From positions 28,814-92,813 of the forward strand of contig JADLGB010000037.1 in the NCBI GenBank assembly GCA_020849535.1: a DNA stretch of 64,000 nt, written 5' to 3'. The notes beneath the pieces were generated by a model. That model made no database searches and was not told the DNA's origin. It saw nothing but the letters and a program-made list of their open reading frames with translations. A program made the position numbers and the translations under genes. Positions 1-8,720 of this stretch are shown here, in pieces (position 1 is the first letter of the stretch; the number at the start of each line of letters is the position of its first letter). Origin of the DNA: Candidatus Hydrogenedentota bacterium (lineage in GTDB: Bacteria; Hydrogenedentota; Hydrogenedentia; Hydrogenedentales; SLHB01).

Positions 1-714
1 GATGCCGCCACGGGGGATTTCGATCGCATTCTGCGCAATGCCCTCGCTTCCCACACCCAAGAACTGGGGTGGGACGCATTGATCGATTTCAGCCGATTGA
101 TCTGCCGGGTGATCGATTTCAAGAGCGAGTTCACGGCCACTCACACGAGCGGTATCGTGGCCACATCCGTTGCCTTGGCGAAACTGCACGGATTCTCCGA
201 AGAAGAATGCAGTCTTATGCAGGTTGCGGCCTACCTGCACGACCTCGGCAAGCTGGCAATTCCTATTGAGATCCTCGAAAAGCCTGCGGCCCTGAATGAC
301 GCCGAGTGGCACGTTATGCGCGCGCACGTTTACTACACGTACCGGGTCTTGGAACCGATCAAGGAATTCGGCGTGATCACATCGTGGAGTGCCATGCACC
401 ATGAGCGAATCAACGGAAGTGGCTATCCATTCGGACACAAGGGAGAACAAATCCCCCTCGGTGCGCGCATCATGGCCGTGGCGGACGTGTTCACCGCCAT
501 TACCGAAGACCGTCCCTACCGCAAGGCGGTGGATCGCGAGACCGCCCGTGCCATGATCGCGCGCATGGCGGAGCGGGATGAATTGGATCGGAACGTTGTC
601 CAGATCCTGCTCGCCAATTTTGATACGTTGAATGAGACGCGCGCTTCAGCGCAACGCGAGGCGCTTCACGAATACCAGTCATTTCGTGATGCGGTGGCCG
701 TCAAGCGCGCTTGA
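1..714 (+). CDS. HD-GYP domain phosphohydrolase (c-di-GMP phosphodiesterase type), 5' end outside window
   Basis: Frame 1 is open from nt 1 (track ORF 79..714 only starts at the first in-frame start codon). HD motif YLHDLGKLAIP and GYP motif HHERINGSGYPFG. Confidence 0.8.
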   Translation, partial: DAATGDFDRILRNALASHTQELGWDALIDFSRLICRVIDFKSEFTATHTSGIVATSVALAKLHGFSEEECSLMQVAAYLHDLGKLAIPIEILEKPAALNDAEWHVMRAHVYYTYRVLEPIKEFGVITSWSAMHHERINGSGYPFGHKGEQIPLGARIMAVADVFTAITEDRPYRKAVDRETARAMIARMAERDELDRNVVQILLANFDTLNETRASAQREALHEYQSFRDAVAVKRA

Positions 715-2606
715 CCGTCCAGACCGCCCGCGACAGGGTTCCAAAGGTGTGTTTCATGGCGCAAAAGTGCCAGGCGATACGTAGAATGCTGAGTCCAAAA
801 TCGGCCGCATTTCCTGGTTTCTGGCCGCGCATCGGCAAGTTTCTCCACGTACTCGTGTCTCTGTCCGTCCCAATCCAGTGCCTGATCCTCAGCGACAACA
901 TGCTGGCGCCACTTCTGTATGTGCCGTTGAGCCTCGCCGCGGGGGCCTGGTTCCTTCCGCTGCTGTCTCTGGCCGGCCTGCTCTCGTTTGCGTGCGCGCT
1001 GGACGTGCCTATTCGGCCAATGGACACCTTCATGATCGGTCAGGCGGCCACGGTTCTGGCGCTTCTGATGTCTGGCCGGCTCACGGCGTCTCCAACGTTG
1101 GACGACGTGCGCTGGCGACTGCTCCACCGATATGGACGGCCGCTTCGCGTTTTCTTGTTTGTCGCTGCGACAATCCTGCTCTCTCACGCTGCACTCTTCC
1201 AAGACGCGGACGTCCTGTTCGATGTGGTTTGGAGCGGCACCTTGTTTGGCTTCCTGTGGGCGGTCCCATGGCCTCCGCCCGTGGCCCGTGTCAATTGGAG
1301 AGATCAAGGAATCAACCTCGCAGTCCTCGCCGCGTCGCTGCTTGTGAGCGCCGCGGGCCTTGAATGGGCTACTCGCCTTCTGCTTACCGATCCCTTGAAG
1401 CCATCGGATGTGTATGCGCCTGACCCCGAGTTCATCTTTACATTGCAGCCCGGCGGGGAGGGCGAAGTCACCCTCCTGGACAATGACGGAACACCCCTTC
1501 GGCGCGAGGTAAGGATCTCTTCGCAAGGACTTCGCGACCGCGAGTACGGCCCCAAACGCGATGGTGAATTCCGAATCATTGTCCTCGGCGACTCGTATAC
1601 CATGGGCCACGGACTGTACCCGGAAGAAACGTATGCGATGTGCCTCGAATCCCTGCTCAATGCCAGCGAACCGCCTATGGATTGTACGGTGATCAACTGT
1701 GGTATCGGCGGTTACGCACCCTGGCAAGAGAAAGGGTTTCTGGAGAAGCGCGGATTTCCGCTGGACCCTGACCTCGTGATCCTTCAGCTCTTTCCGTCCA
1801 ACGATGTGGCTGGGTCCTATTCACGCATTGGAGGGCAACTACCCGCTTTCGATCCCTGCTGGGAATCGCGGCTGCGTCTCATGCGCAGCCAAAGCCAGTG
1901 GACGATGCGCGTTGAGCGCTGGCTTCAAGGACATTCCAACGTATACCGTGCACTGGAGAACATTGCCGGATCGAGGGGCTTCATCATAGACCTGGCTGAT
2001 GCGCTGCGATTCCGGCCTGCAACCACTAAGGCCAAGGCAACGTCTCCGTCACGCCGCAATCCAAATCAGGAGGTGTGCTTAGTCAATTGGTATCCCCAAC
2101 TTCGGGAGGCTTGGGAACTGTTTGCCCGAGACGTGCGTGCCATTCGCGACACGTGCGCCGGACACGGTGTGGGCCTTATCGCGTTTGTCCATGGGGACCC
2201 CATCAGCCTGGATCCCGAAGGGTGGCGGGAACTCAACCGAAAACACCCAGAGACGCCTTATGAAATGAATAAGGACATCCGCATTACACGCGAACTGCTT
2301 GCAGATCTCGGGATCCCTCAAGTGGACGTGATAGAGCGACTCAGCAAGTACCCTCGACCGCAGGATCTCTACTTCAATCACGACGGACACTTCACCCCAG
2401 CGGGCGCAGGCCTTGTGGCCGAAAGTCTGCAAGAGTTCCTCATGACGGAGTACGGCCTCACGAGACACCTTGCTTCCGGCAGTACGCAGCTCGAGTCGCG
2501 CGAAATGGACTCCGAGAGTCAATTCGCTACGCACGGGCACCCCGGGAGTGCGAGCGGGAAACAACTCGACACCCTATTGACACCCGCCGAAAACCCGCTA
2601 GAATAG
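711..2606 (+). CDS. Membrane-anchored SGNH/GDSL-type hydrolase
   Basis: Hydrophobic N-terminal third. Block I IIVLGDSYTMGHG and C-terminal block FNHDGHFTPAG (DxxH). Start uncertain (TTG at 711 overlapping the upstream stop; in-frame ATGs a little downstream). Confidence 0.6.
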   Translation: MTVQTARDRVPKVCFMAQKCQAIRRMLSPKSAAFPGFWPRIGKFLHVLVSLSVPIQCLILSDNMLAPLLYVPLSLAAGAWFLPLLSLAGLLSFACALDVPIRPMDTFMIGQAATVLALLMSGRLTASPTLDDVRWRLLHRYGRPLRVFLFVAATILLSHAALFQDADVLFDVVWSGTLFGFLWAVPWPPPVARVNWRDQGINLAVLAASLLVSAAGLEWATRLLLTDPLKPSDVYAPDPEFIFTLQPGGEGEVTLLDNDGTPLRREVRISSQGLRDREYGPKRDGEFRIIVLGDSYTMGHGLYPEETYAMCLESLLNASEPPMDCTVINCGIGGYAPWQEKGFLEKRGFPLDPDLVILQLFPSNDVAGSYSRIGGQLPAFDPCWESRLRLMRSQSQWTMRVERWLQGHSNVYRALENIAGSRGFIIDLADALRFRPATTKAKATSPSRRNPNQEVCLVNWYPQLREAWELFARDVRAIRDTCAGHGVGLIAFVHGDPISLDPEGWRELNRKHPETPYEMNKDIRITRELLADLGIPQVDVIERLSKYPRPQDLYFNHDGHFTPAGAGLVAESLQEFLMTEYGLTRHLASGSTQLESREMDSESQFATHGHPGSASGKQLDTLLTPAENPLE

Positions 2607-2689
2607 CGCCGTGCCGATTAGAGACTTCCGCCGCGCGAAGTCCGGCTGTTCTGGATCTTTCGGAACGCCGCCGTTGACAGTCGAGTCAC

Positions 2690-3421
2690 TTGGGTGGCCG
2701 CGCCGAATTGTCCACCCTATTCACCGCCGATGGGCAGGGAGCTTCCGACGTGAGCAAAATCTTGGTACTCTTCATTGTCTTCGCAATCGCTTGTGTCGTC
2801 ATGTTCAAGTATCTGCCCATCTGGGCATCCCTGCTCATCGTGGTGATTGGGATCGTCGGCCTTCGCTACGGTGCCAAGTATTTTCTCAAGCGCCTTTTCC
2901 TGGCGCCATTCAAAATGAAGGGTAAGGCGCTCGCCGGTGCGACCGTATCCATCCATTCGGTGCGCCCCACCGCCGCACCCACGAGTTCGCCGCACACGGA
3001 AATCGAGATGGGCGAGGCGGAGGAAGGCGAAGAAGGTGAAGTGGAATACCGGGAAATGGTCAAGGCGGAAGAAGACGAGGACGCGCCCGACTACGGCAAG
3101 TACCAGTGGTACCTCGTGGATGTCACCATCACACCTCAGCAATCTTCCGGAGACGGTTTCACCCACTGGGAGCCTGGCGAGGTGATGCTGGTGTCGCCAA
3201 CGGCCAAGGCGGACGACCTGGATGCGGAGGAAGACGACCTTGCCATGATCCATGACTTACGCATCTTCCAGGAAGGATCCTTCCAGCAGTATGACGGCGA
3301 GAAATTCCAGGGCCCGCTACACGTAGAGTTTCACGCGGGCGTGAAACCCGGCGTCTCGGAACTGAAGTTCCGGTATTACTTCGAGATCCTCGAGCCGGCC
3401 GTCCCTTTTCCGCAGATGTGA
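2690..3421 (+). CDS. Hypothetical membrane protein with acidic E/D-rich segment
   Basis: Two predicted TM helices (ILVLFIVFAIACVVMF, ASLLIVVIGIVGL) then an EMGEAEEGEEGEVE acidic tract. No recognisable catalytic motif; start uncertain. Confidence 0.4.
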   Translation: MGGRAELSTLFTADGQGASDVSKILVLFIVFAIACVVMFKYLPIWASLLIVVIGIVGLRYGAKYFLKRLFLAPFKMKGKALAGATVSIHSVRPTAAPTSSPHTEIEMGEAEEGEEGEVEYREMVKAEEDEDAPDYGKYQWYLVDVTITPQQSSGDGFTHWEPGEVMLVSPTAKADDLDAEEDDLAMIHDLRIFQEGSFQQYDGEKFQGPLHVEFHAGVKPGVSELKFRYYFEILEPAVPFPQM

Positions 3422-3884
3422 ACACTCGGTGATCAACGTTGCTTGCGTATCCAATCCCTTTGGGCAAACCTCGGATTGGAGGAAAGGAAGTACCCAGCCT
3501 GCAGAGCAAGCGCGTGCGGAACAGGCGCCCTCGCCTGTTGTCCCTATGGAGTGCGGCGGCTTGCCGCTGCTTTCACGAAGCAGGCTTGCCTGCGGTTTGT
3601 GGAGACAGGCCGCACACCTGCCAAAACCCACTTCGAATCAAACCCTGCAATCAGAGAGAGCCTGAGAAAGACACCGGCGAGGGCATTTGTGCCACACGTC
3701 TGCCTCCCTCTTGGTTTGTGTTAAGAGGTTCCAAAATGCTACGCCTCAGTTCATCCGAATCTCGCACCCCGCGGCACATCCCGCCGATGCAAGGGCGCCG
3801 AGCCTCCGCCAAGCCGTTGGAGTATGATGGTGCACGCCCCATACACTCTGGCAAGATGGCTTCGTCGGCTCAAGGAGATTCCCC

Positions 3885-4268
3885 ATGCCCACATGGCTCA
3901 TGTTCGTCATAATCGGCATCGCCGGCGGCGTTGCCGCGGGCTTGTTTGGTATCGGCGGTGGTCTTGTCATCATCCCCGCACTCATCTACGGGGCAGGATT
4001 TTCCCAGCACATGGCGACGGGGACGACCCTCGCCGTTTTGCTCCCGCCGATTGGCCTTGCCGCGACCATCGAATACTACCGGCACGGAAACGTCGATGTG
4101 CGCGCGGCGGCCATCCTGGCCGCCACCATGTTTGCCGGTGCATGGGTCGGAGCCTACTTCGCGAACCGTATTTCGGGCCCACATCTACGCCTCACCTTTG
4201 GCCTGTTCGTCTGCGCTATGGGCGTCTACCTCGTATACGGCGCCTGCAAGCGCCTCGGTTGGATTTGA
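3885..4268 (+). CDS. Half-size TauE/SafE (TSUP) family membrane protein
   Basis: AGGAG RBS before ATG. 127 aa, four hydrophobic helices, GGVAAGLFGIGGGLVIIPAL motif typical of TSUP transporters. Confidence 0.65.
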   Translation: MPTWLMFVIIGIAGGVAAGLFGIGGGLVIIPALIYGAGFSQHMATGTTLAVLLPPIGLAATIEYYRHGNVDVRAAAILAATMFAGAWVGAYFANRISGPHLRLTFGLFVCAMGVYLVYGACKRLGWI

Positions 4269-4369
4269 TCGAATTCCGCTCACGCACGCGCGCGTACGGT
4301 ATACTGACACTGTTCAGGTTTTCCTGATTGCGGGGCATAGTCTCGAGGCGACATGCGGAGGTACTTGCC

Positions 4370-5746
4370 ATGCGTCGCGCGAGTTCCTTGTATCTTCTCC
4401 TGCTGTGCATGGCCGCTCCATGCATCTTGGCAGAGACCAAACTTCTCCAACCCGGTGATTTCACGTACCTTGGCGCGTTTCGACTGCCTGGAGGTTTCGA
4501 TCGCCCCGAGACGTTTGCCTACGGCGGCAACGCCATGACCTGCAACCCTGTGGGCGATCCGTCCGGCGGCGGCGATGGTTTTCCCGGCAGTCTCTTCGTG
4601 ATGGGCCACGACCGCCTACCCTACGGTGAACTGCCCAACGGCAACCAGATTGCCGAGATCACGATCCCCGCACCCGCCATCGCCAAAGATCCCACCGCGC
4701 TTCCGCAAGCAACGTTTGTGCAGGAGTTCCGGGACGCGGCCCGTGGCTTGTTCCCCGAGTACGACGAAATCCCGCGCGTCGGCATGGCGTACGTCGAAGT
4801 GCCGTCCCTCGGCCCAAGAATCCTCCTCGCGTGGGGACAACACTTCCACGAAGACGCGGTGAAACAAGGCCCGACCCACGCCTGGATCGAGCCGCAGCTT
4901 GACGCGCCGCGTCCACAGGGAGCGTGGTTCATCGGATCGTATTCGCACTATAGCGTCAATGGATACCTCTTCGAGATTCCGCGCGAATGGGCCGACGCCA
5001 ACACCGGCGGACGCTGCATCGCCACGGGCCGCTACCGGGACGGCGGCTGGTCGGGGCAGGGCCCGTCGCTGTTCGCGTTCCGGCCGTGGGCGGGCGATGG
5101 CCAACCTGCGGTTCCGGACACGCGGCTCGACGCGTTGCCCCTCCTACTCTATCAAGGTTCGCGGGACAACAACGACGTGGTAGGCCGCTCGTTGCGCGGC
5201 TATCAACACCCCGATGAGTGGGAAGACGGCGCATGGCTGACGTCGAGCAGCGGGAAGACGGCCGTTGTCTTTGCGGGCACCAAAGGCACAGGGGAGAAAT
5301 ACTGGTACGGTTGGGCCAATCCGTCGGGACCAGAAACGCCTTGTGTCGAAGTGGAACTCGTCGATCAGTTCACGACCTGCCGTCTCGCGGACGGCTCGCC
5401 GTGCCCCGCCGCCGATCTAACTGGATGTGAAGGCCACAACGACTATCGAGGCTGGTGGAGCAGCCGCTTCACGGCCCAGATCCTTCTGTACAACCCGGAC
5501 GATCTCGCCCGCGTGGCGCGCGGCGAATCCAAGCCATGGGAATCGCAACCTTACGCGCACGTGGATCTCGATGACACCCTCTTGCTGAATCCGGCTCACG
5601 TGGAAGAAGACATGCTGGGCCGGGGCGTCCAACGCCGCTACCGCATCGGCGCCATGGCCTACGACCGCGCACACGATCTCATCTACGTGCTCGAATCCTT
5701 CGCCGACGAAACCAAGCCGGTGGTTCACGTCTGGCATTTGAACTGA
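4370..5746 (+). CDS. Secreted hypothetical protein
   Basis: ATG at 4370 preceded by GGAGG. Signal-peptide-like MRRASSLYLLLLCMAAPCILAE. No motif recognised in the mature part. Confidence 0.5.
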   Translation: MRRASSLYLLLLCMAAPCILAETKLLQPGDFTYLGAFRLPGGFDRPETFAYGGNAMTCNPVGDPSGGGDGFPGSLFVMGHDRLPYGELPNGNQIAEITIPAPAIAKDPTALPQATFVQEFRDAARGLFPEYDEIPRVGMAYVEVPSLGPRILLAWGQHFHEDAVKQGPTHAWIEPQLDAPRPQGAWFIGSYSHYSVNGYLFEIPREWADANTGGRCIATGRYRDGGWSGQGPSLFAFRPWAGDGQPAVPDTRLDALPLLLYQGSRDNNDVVGRSLRGYQHPDEWEDGAWLTSSSGKTAVVFAGTKGTGEKYWYGWANPSGPETPCVEVELVDQFTTCRLADGSPCPAADLTGCEGHNDYRGWWSSRFTAQILLYNPDDLARVARGESKPWESQPYAHVDLDDTLLLNPAHVEEDMLGRGVQRRYRIGAMAYDRAHDLIYVLESFADETKPVVHVWHLN

Positions 5747-5997
5747 TACGTTCATACAAGAGAAGAACTCACCACGAAGGGGCTGAACGCGTCCTGTTCC
5801 TGGCATTGCTTCGTGAGCTTCGTGCCTTCGTGGTGAAATCTCCCTTATTTGCCTTCTCTTCGTGGTGAGACCTCCTTCCTTTGCCTTCCGTTCTCTTGCT
5901 ATCGTTGTGAGTTCACCGAGCAGTGAGGCGCGGCCGTCGCGTATTTGGTAGTATGCGGGGCGTCATGCTCTCGTGATGTCACACAGGCGAGGTCCCC

Positions 5998-8064
5998 ATG
6001 CGAAACTGTATTCCTCTAAGCCTATTCATGATTGTGCTTGCGGCGCTGTGCCCCATCTCTTCCCAGGCAGACGAAGGCATGTGGCTGTTCTCCAATCCGC
6101 CCGCCGGGATACTCAGAGAAAAGCATGGAGTCGAACTTTCACAGCAGTGGCTGGAGCACGCGCAGAAATCAGCCGCCCGTATGAGCACCGGCGGTTCAGC
6201 AGCGTTCGTTTCCGCGGATGGACTAGTGATGACCAATCATCACGTCGGTATGCCGGCGCTGGCAGATCTCAGCACGCCGGAAAGCGATCTCCTGGAGACG
6301 GGGTTCTATGCGAAGACGCGCGAACTGGAATTGAAGTGTCCCAACCTCGAGATGAACGTGCTGTGGGAGGTTGAAGACGTTACGGAGCAGGTCAAGACCG
6401 CCGCCCCCCCAGGCATGCCCCCAGCCGATGCTCATGCGGAACGCCGCGAAACGATTTCCGTTCTCGAAAGTGAATACGAAAAGGCCACCGGACTCGATTG
6501 CCAGGTAGTCACGCTGTACGGGGGCGAGCGCTATCATCTCTACCAATACAAGCGCTTCACAGATCTCCGGCTGGTGATGGCCCCCGAGAAAAGCATCGCC
6601 TTCTACGGTGGGGACAACGATAACTTCGAGTACCCACGCTATGCGCTGGACGTCTGCTTCTTCCGCGTCTACGAGAATGACTCGCCCTATCATCCCGAGC
6701 ACTACCTCTCGTGGAGCAAGACCGGAGTGGCGGAAGGCGATCTGGTCTTTGTCGCGGGGCATCCGGGACACACGCAGCGGCACGCAACCGTGGCGCATCT
6801 CGCGTTCATGAGGGATGTCGAGATGCCGGCGCGCATGCGTGACTTCTGGCGAAGAGAAGTACAGCTCCAAACCCTTTCGGCGCGCGATGATGAGTTTGCA
6901 CGCATCGCCGACGGACACCTGACCGGCATTCAGAACGCGCGCAAAGCGTATACGGCGATTGCGGCGGGACTTCAGGACCCTGTCCTCATGAATCGTGTCG
7001 CCGCGAGTGAACAGCGCATCCGCGCCGCGGTTGAAGCCAATCCCGAGTACAACAATCGCTGGGGCGGCGCGTGGGACGACATTGCCGCGGCCCGTAATCG
7101 CTACCGCGAGTTCTATCTGCGCCACCGCGTTGGCATAAACTCGACGTTGTTCGGCATTGCGACCCACCTTGTGCGGCTGGCGGAAGAGTTGCCGAAACCC
7201 AGCGCGCAGCGATTGCCGGAGTACGCCGATGCGAATCTGGATGCGCTGTACCGCAGTCTGCATTCAGCCAGTCCAATCTACGATGAACTCGAGATCGAGC
7301 AGATCACAAGCGCTCTCTCTCACATGATCGACTCCTTCGGCGGCGATGACCCCTTTGTGAAAAGGGCCCTCGGTGATCTCTCGCCTCGGGCCAGGGCGGA
7401 ATCGTTGGTTCTCGCGTGTACCTTGAAGGAGGTCAGCGTCCGCAAGGCCCTTGCTGAAGGCGGCGCAAAGGCCATCGCCGCTTCCGATGACCCGATGATT
7501 CGCTTCGCCGCGGATCTTGATCCCGAATTCCGGGCGTGGCGCAAGAAATGTGAGGACGAGGTCGAGGCTGTCGAAAGGGACGCGTATGCGCGGATCGCGT
7601 CCGCGCGTTTCGCCATTGATGGCGAGCGCATTTATCCCGGAGCGACGTTCACGCTTCGCCTCGCCTTCGGCACGGTGGCCGGCTACTCCCAGCTCGGCCA
7701 GACTGTGCTTCCCTTCACGACGTTCGGCGGCCTGTACGAACGCGCCGAAGCGCGCCGTGGCCAAAAGGACTACGCACTGCCGGAGCGTTGGTTGAAGCGC
7801 AAGTCACGTCTTGATCCCGACACGCCTTTCAACTTCGTGTGCACGGCAGATATCGCAGGCGGAAACTCCGGCAGCCCAGTCATCAACGAGGACACGGAGG
7901 TCGTGGGCCTCATCTTCGACGTGAATGCGCCATGCCTGGCCCACTACATCGCCTATGCCGATGATGATGGCCGCGCAATCGCCGTTGATGCGCGCGCGAT
8001 CATCGCGGCATTGGATCGGGTTTATCGGGCGAAACCGCTCGTGGCCGAACTGCTCTCCCGTTGA
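5998..8064 (+). CDS. S46 family serine dipeptidyl-peptidase (DPP7/DPP11-like)
   Basis: Signal peptide followed by the family-typical DEGMWLF. His region GLVMTNHHV. Ser region TADIAGGNSGSPVIN. Confidence 0.8.
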   Translation: MRNCIPLSLFMIVLAALCPISSQADEGMWLFSNPPAGILREKHGVELSQQWLEHAQKSAARMSTGGSAAFVSADGLVMTNHHVGMPALADLSTPESDLLETGFYAKTRELELKCPNLEMNVLWEVEDVTEQVKTAAPPGMPPADAHAERRETISVLESEYEKATGLDCQVVTLYGGERYHLYQYKRFTDLRLVMAPEKSIAFYGGDNDNFEYPRYALDVCFFRVYENDSPYHPEHYLSWSKTGVAEGDLVFVAGHPGHTQRHATVAHLAFMRDVEMPARMRDFWRREVQLQTLSARDDEFARIADGHLTGIQNARKAYTAIAAGLQDPVLMNRVAASEQRIRAAVEANPEYNNRWGGAWDDIAAARNRYREFYLRHRVGINSTLFGIATHLVRLAEELPKPSAQRLPEYADANLDALYRSLHSASPIYDELEIEQITSALSHMIDSFGGDDPFVKRALGDLSPRARAESLVLACTLKEVSVRKALAEGGAKAIAASDDPMIRFAADLDPEFRAWRKKCEDEVEAVERDAYARIASARFAIDGERIYPGATFTLRLAFGTVAGYSQLGQTVLPFTTFGGLYERAEARRGQKDYALPERWLKRKSRLDPDTPFNFVCTADIAGGNSGSPVINEDTEVVGLIFDVNAPCLAHYIAYADDDGRAIAVDARAIIAALDRVYRAKPLVAELLSR

Positions 8065-8235
8065 GTCAGACGCGACCCGCTCGCATAACCCATTTCCCGA
8101 CAGGCACTAATCCTACAACGCGGGATTATGCGCAGACAGCGCGCCTCAGATAAATCAGATGAATCTCTTCGGTAGCGCCCGCCTTCCACGGCGGGCGTCT
8201 TTGAGATCCAAGTCCGCCCGGCATGGAAACCGGGC

Positions 8236-8303
8236 GCTACTAATTCGTTAGTAGCTATTGACAAATGCCGCCGCTGGGTTTATGCTACTAATTAATTAGT
8301 AGC
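8236..8303 (+). promoter_or_regulatory. Promoter with two palindromic operators upstream of the blaI-like repressor gene
   Basis: GCTACTAATTCGTTAGTAGC (8236-8255) and GCTACTAATTAATTAGTAGC (8284-8303). TTGACA at 8258-8263, 17-nt spacer, TATGCT at 8281-8286; the second palindrome overlaps the -10. Confidence 0.5.
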
Positions 8304-8330
8304 TACTCCACCCGAGGGAGGGCCGGTCCC

Positions 8331-8720
8331 ATGCCGCGTGTCGCGTCCCGTTATCCTACCGATCTCGAACTCGAAATCATGAAGGTCCTCTGGCAACGCG
8401 GGCCGTCAACGGTGCGGGAAGTCCGCGACGCCCTCGCCGCCGAGCGCGACCTCGCTTACACCTCCGTCATGACCATCATGACGATCATGGCGGACAAGGG
8501 TTACGTGCGCCGCAGAAAATCCAAGGGCTCGTACCGCTACCGCCCGGTGCTGGAACAGCGTTCGGCGGCGGGGGCGATGCTGGCCGATGTGGTGAACCGC
8601 GTGTTTGACGGTTCAGCGGCCGCGGCCGCGGTGCACCTGCTCGAAACGGCGGACATCGACCAATCTGAACTGCGCGAACTCCGGCGTCTGCTGGAGAGCA
8701 AGGGGGAGGCCACATCATGA
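8331..8720 (+). CDS. BlaI/MecI/CopY family transcriptional repressor
   Basis: 129 aa. N-terminal winged helix ELEIMKVLWQRGPSTVREV...YTSVMTIM...KGYV. 4-nt overlap with the downstream M56 sensor gene. Confidence 0.8.
   Translation: MPRVASRYPTDLELEIMKVLWQRGPSTVREVRDALAAERDLAYTSVMTIMTIMADKGYVRRRKSKGSYRYRPVLEQRSAAGAMLADVVNRVFDGSAAAAAVHLLETADIDQSELRELRRLLESKGEATS

Noticed and set aside
666-1727. 353-aa minus-strand ORF overlapping the SGNH hydrolase gene
   Set aside because: Arg/Gly/Pro-rich nonsense-like composition, antisense to a gene with clear catalytic motifs. A typical shadow ORF of high-GC DNA.
6223-7263. 346-aa minus-strand ORF inside the S46 peptidase gene
   Set aside because: Antisense shadow ORF. 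The plus frame carries the S46 catalytic motifs.
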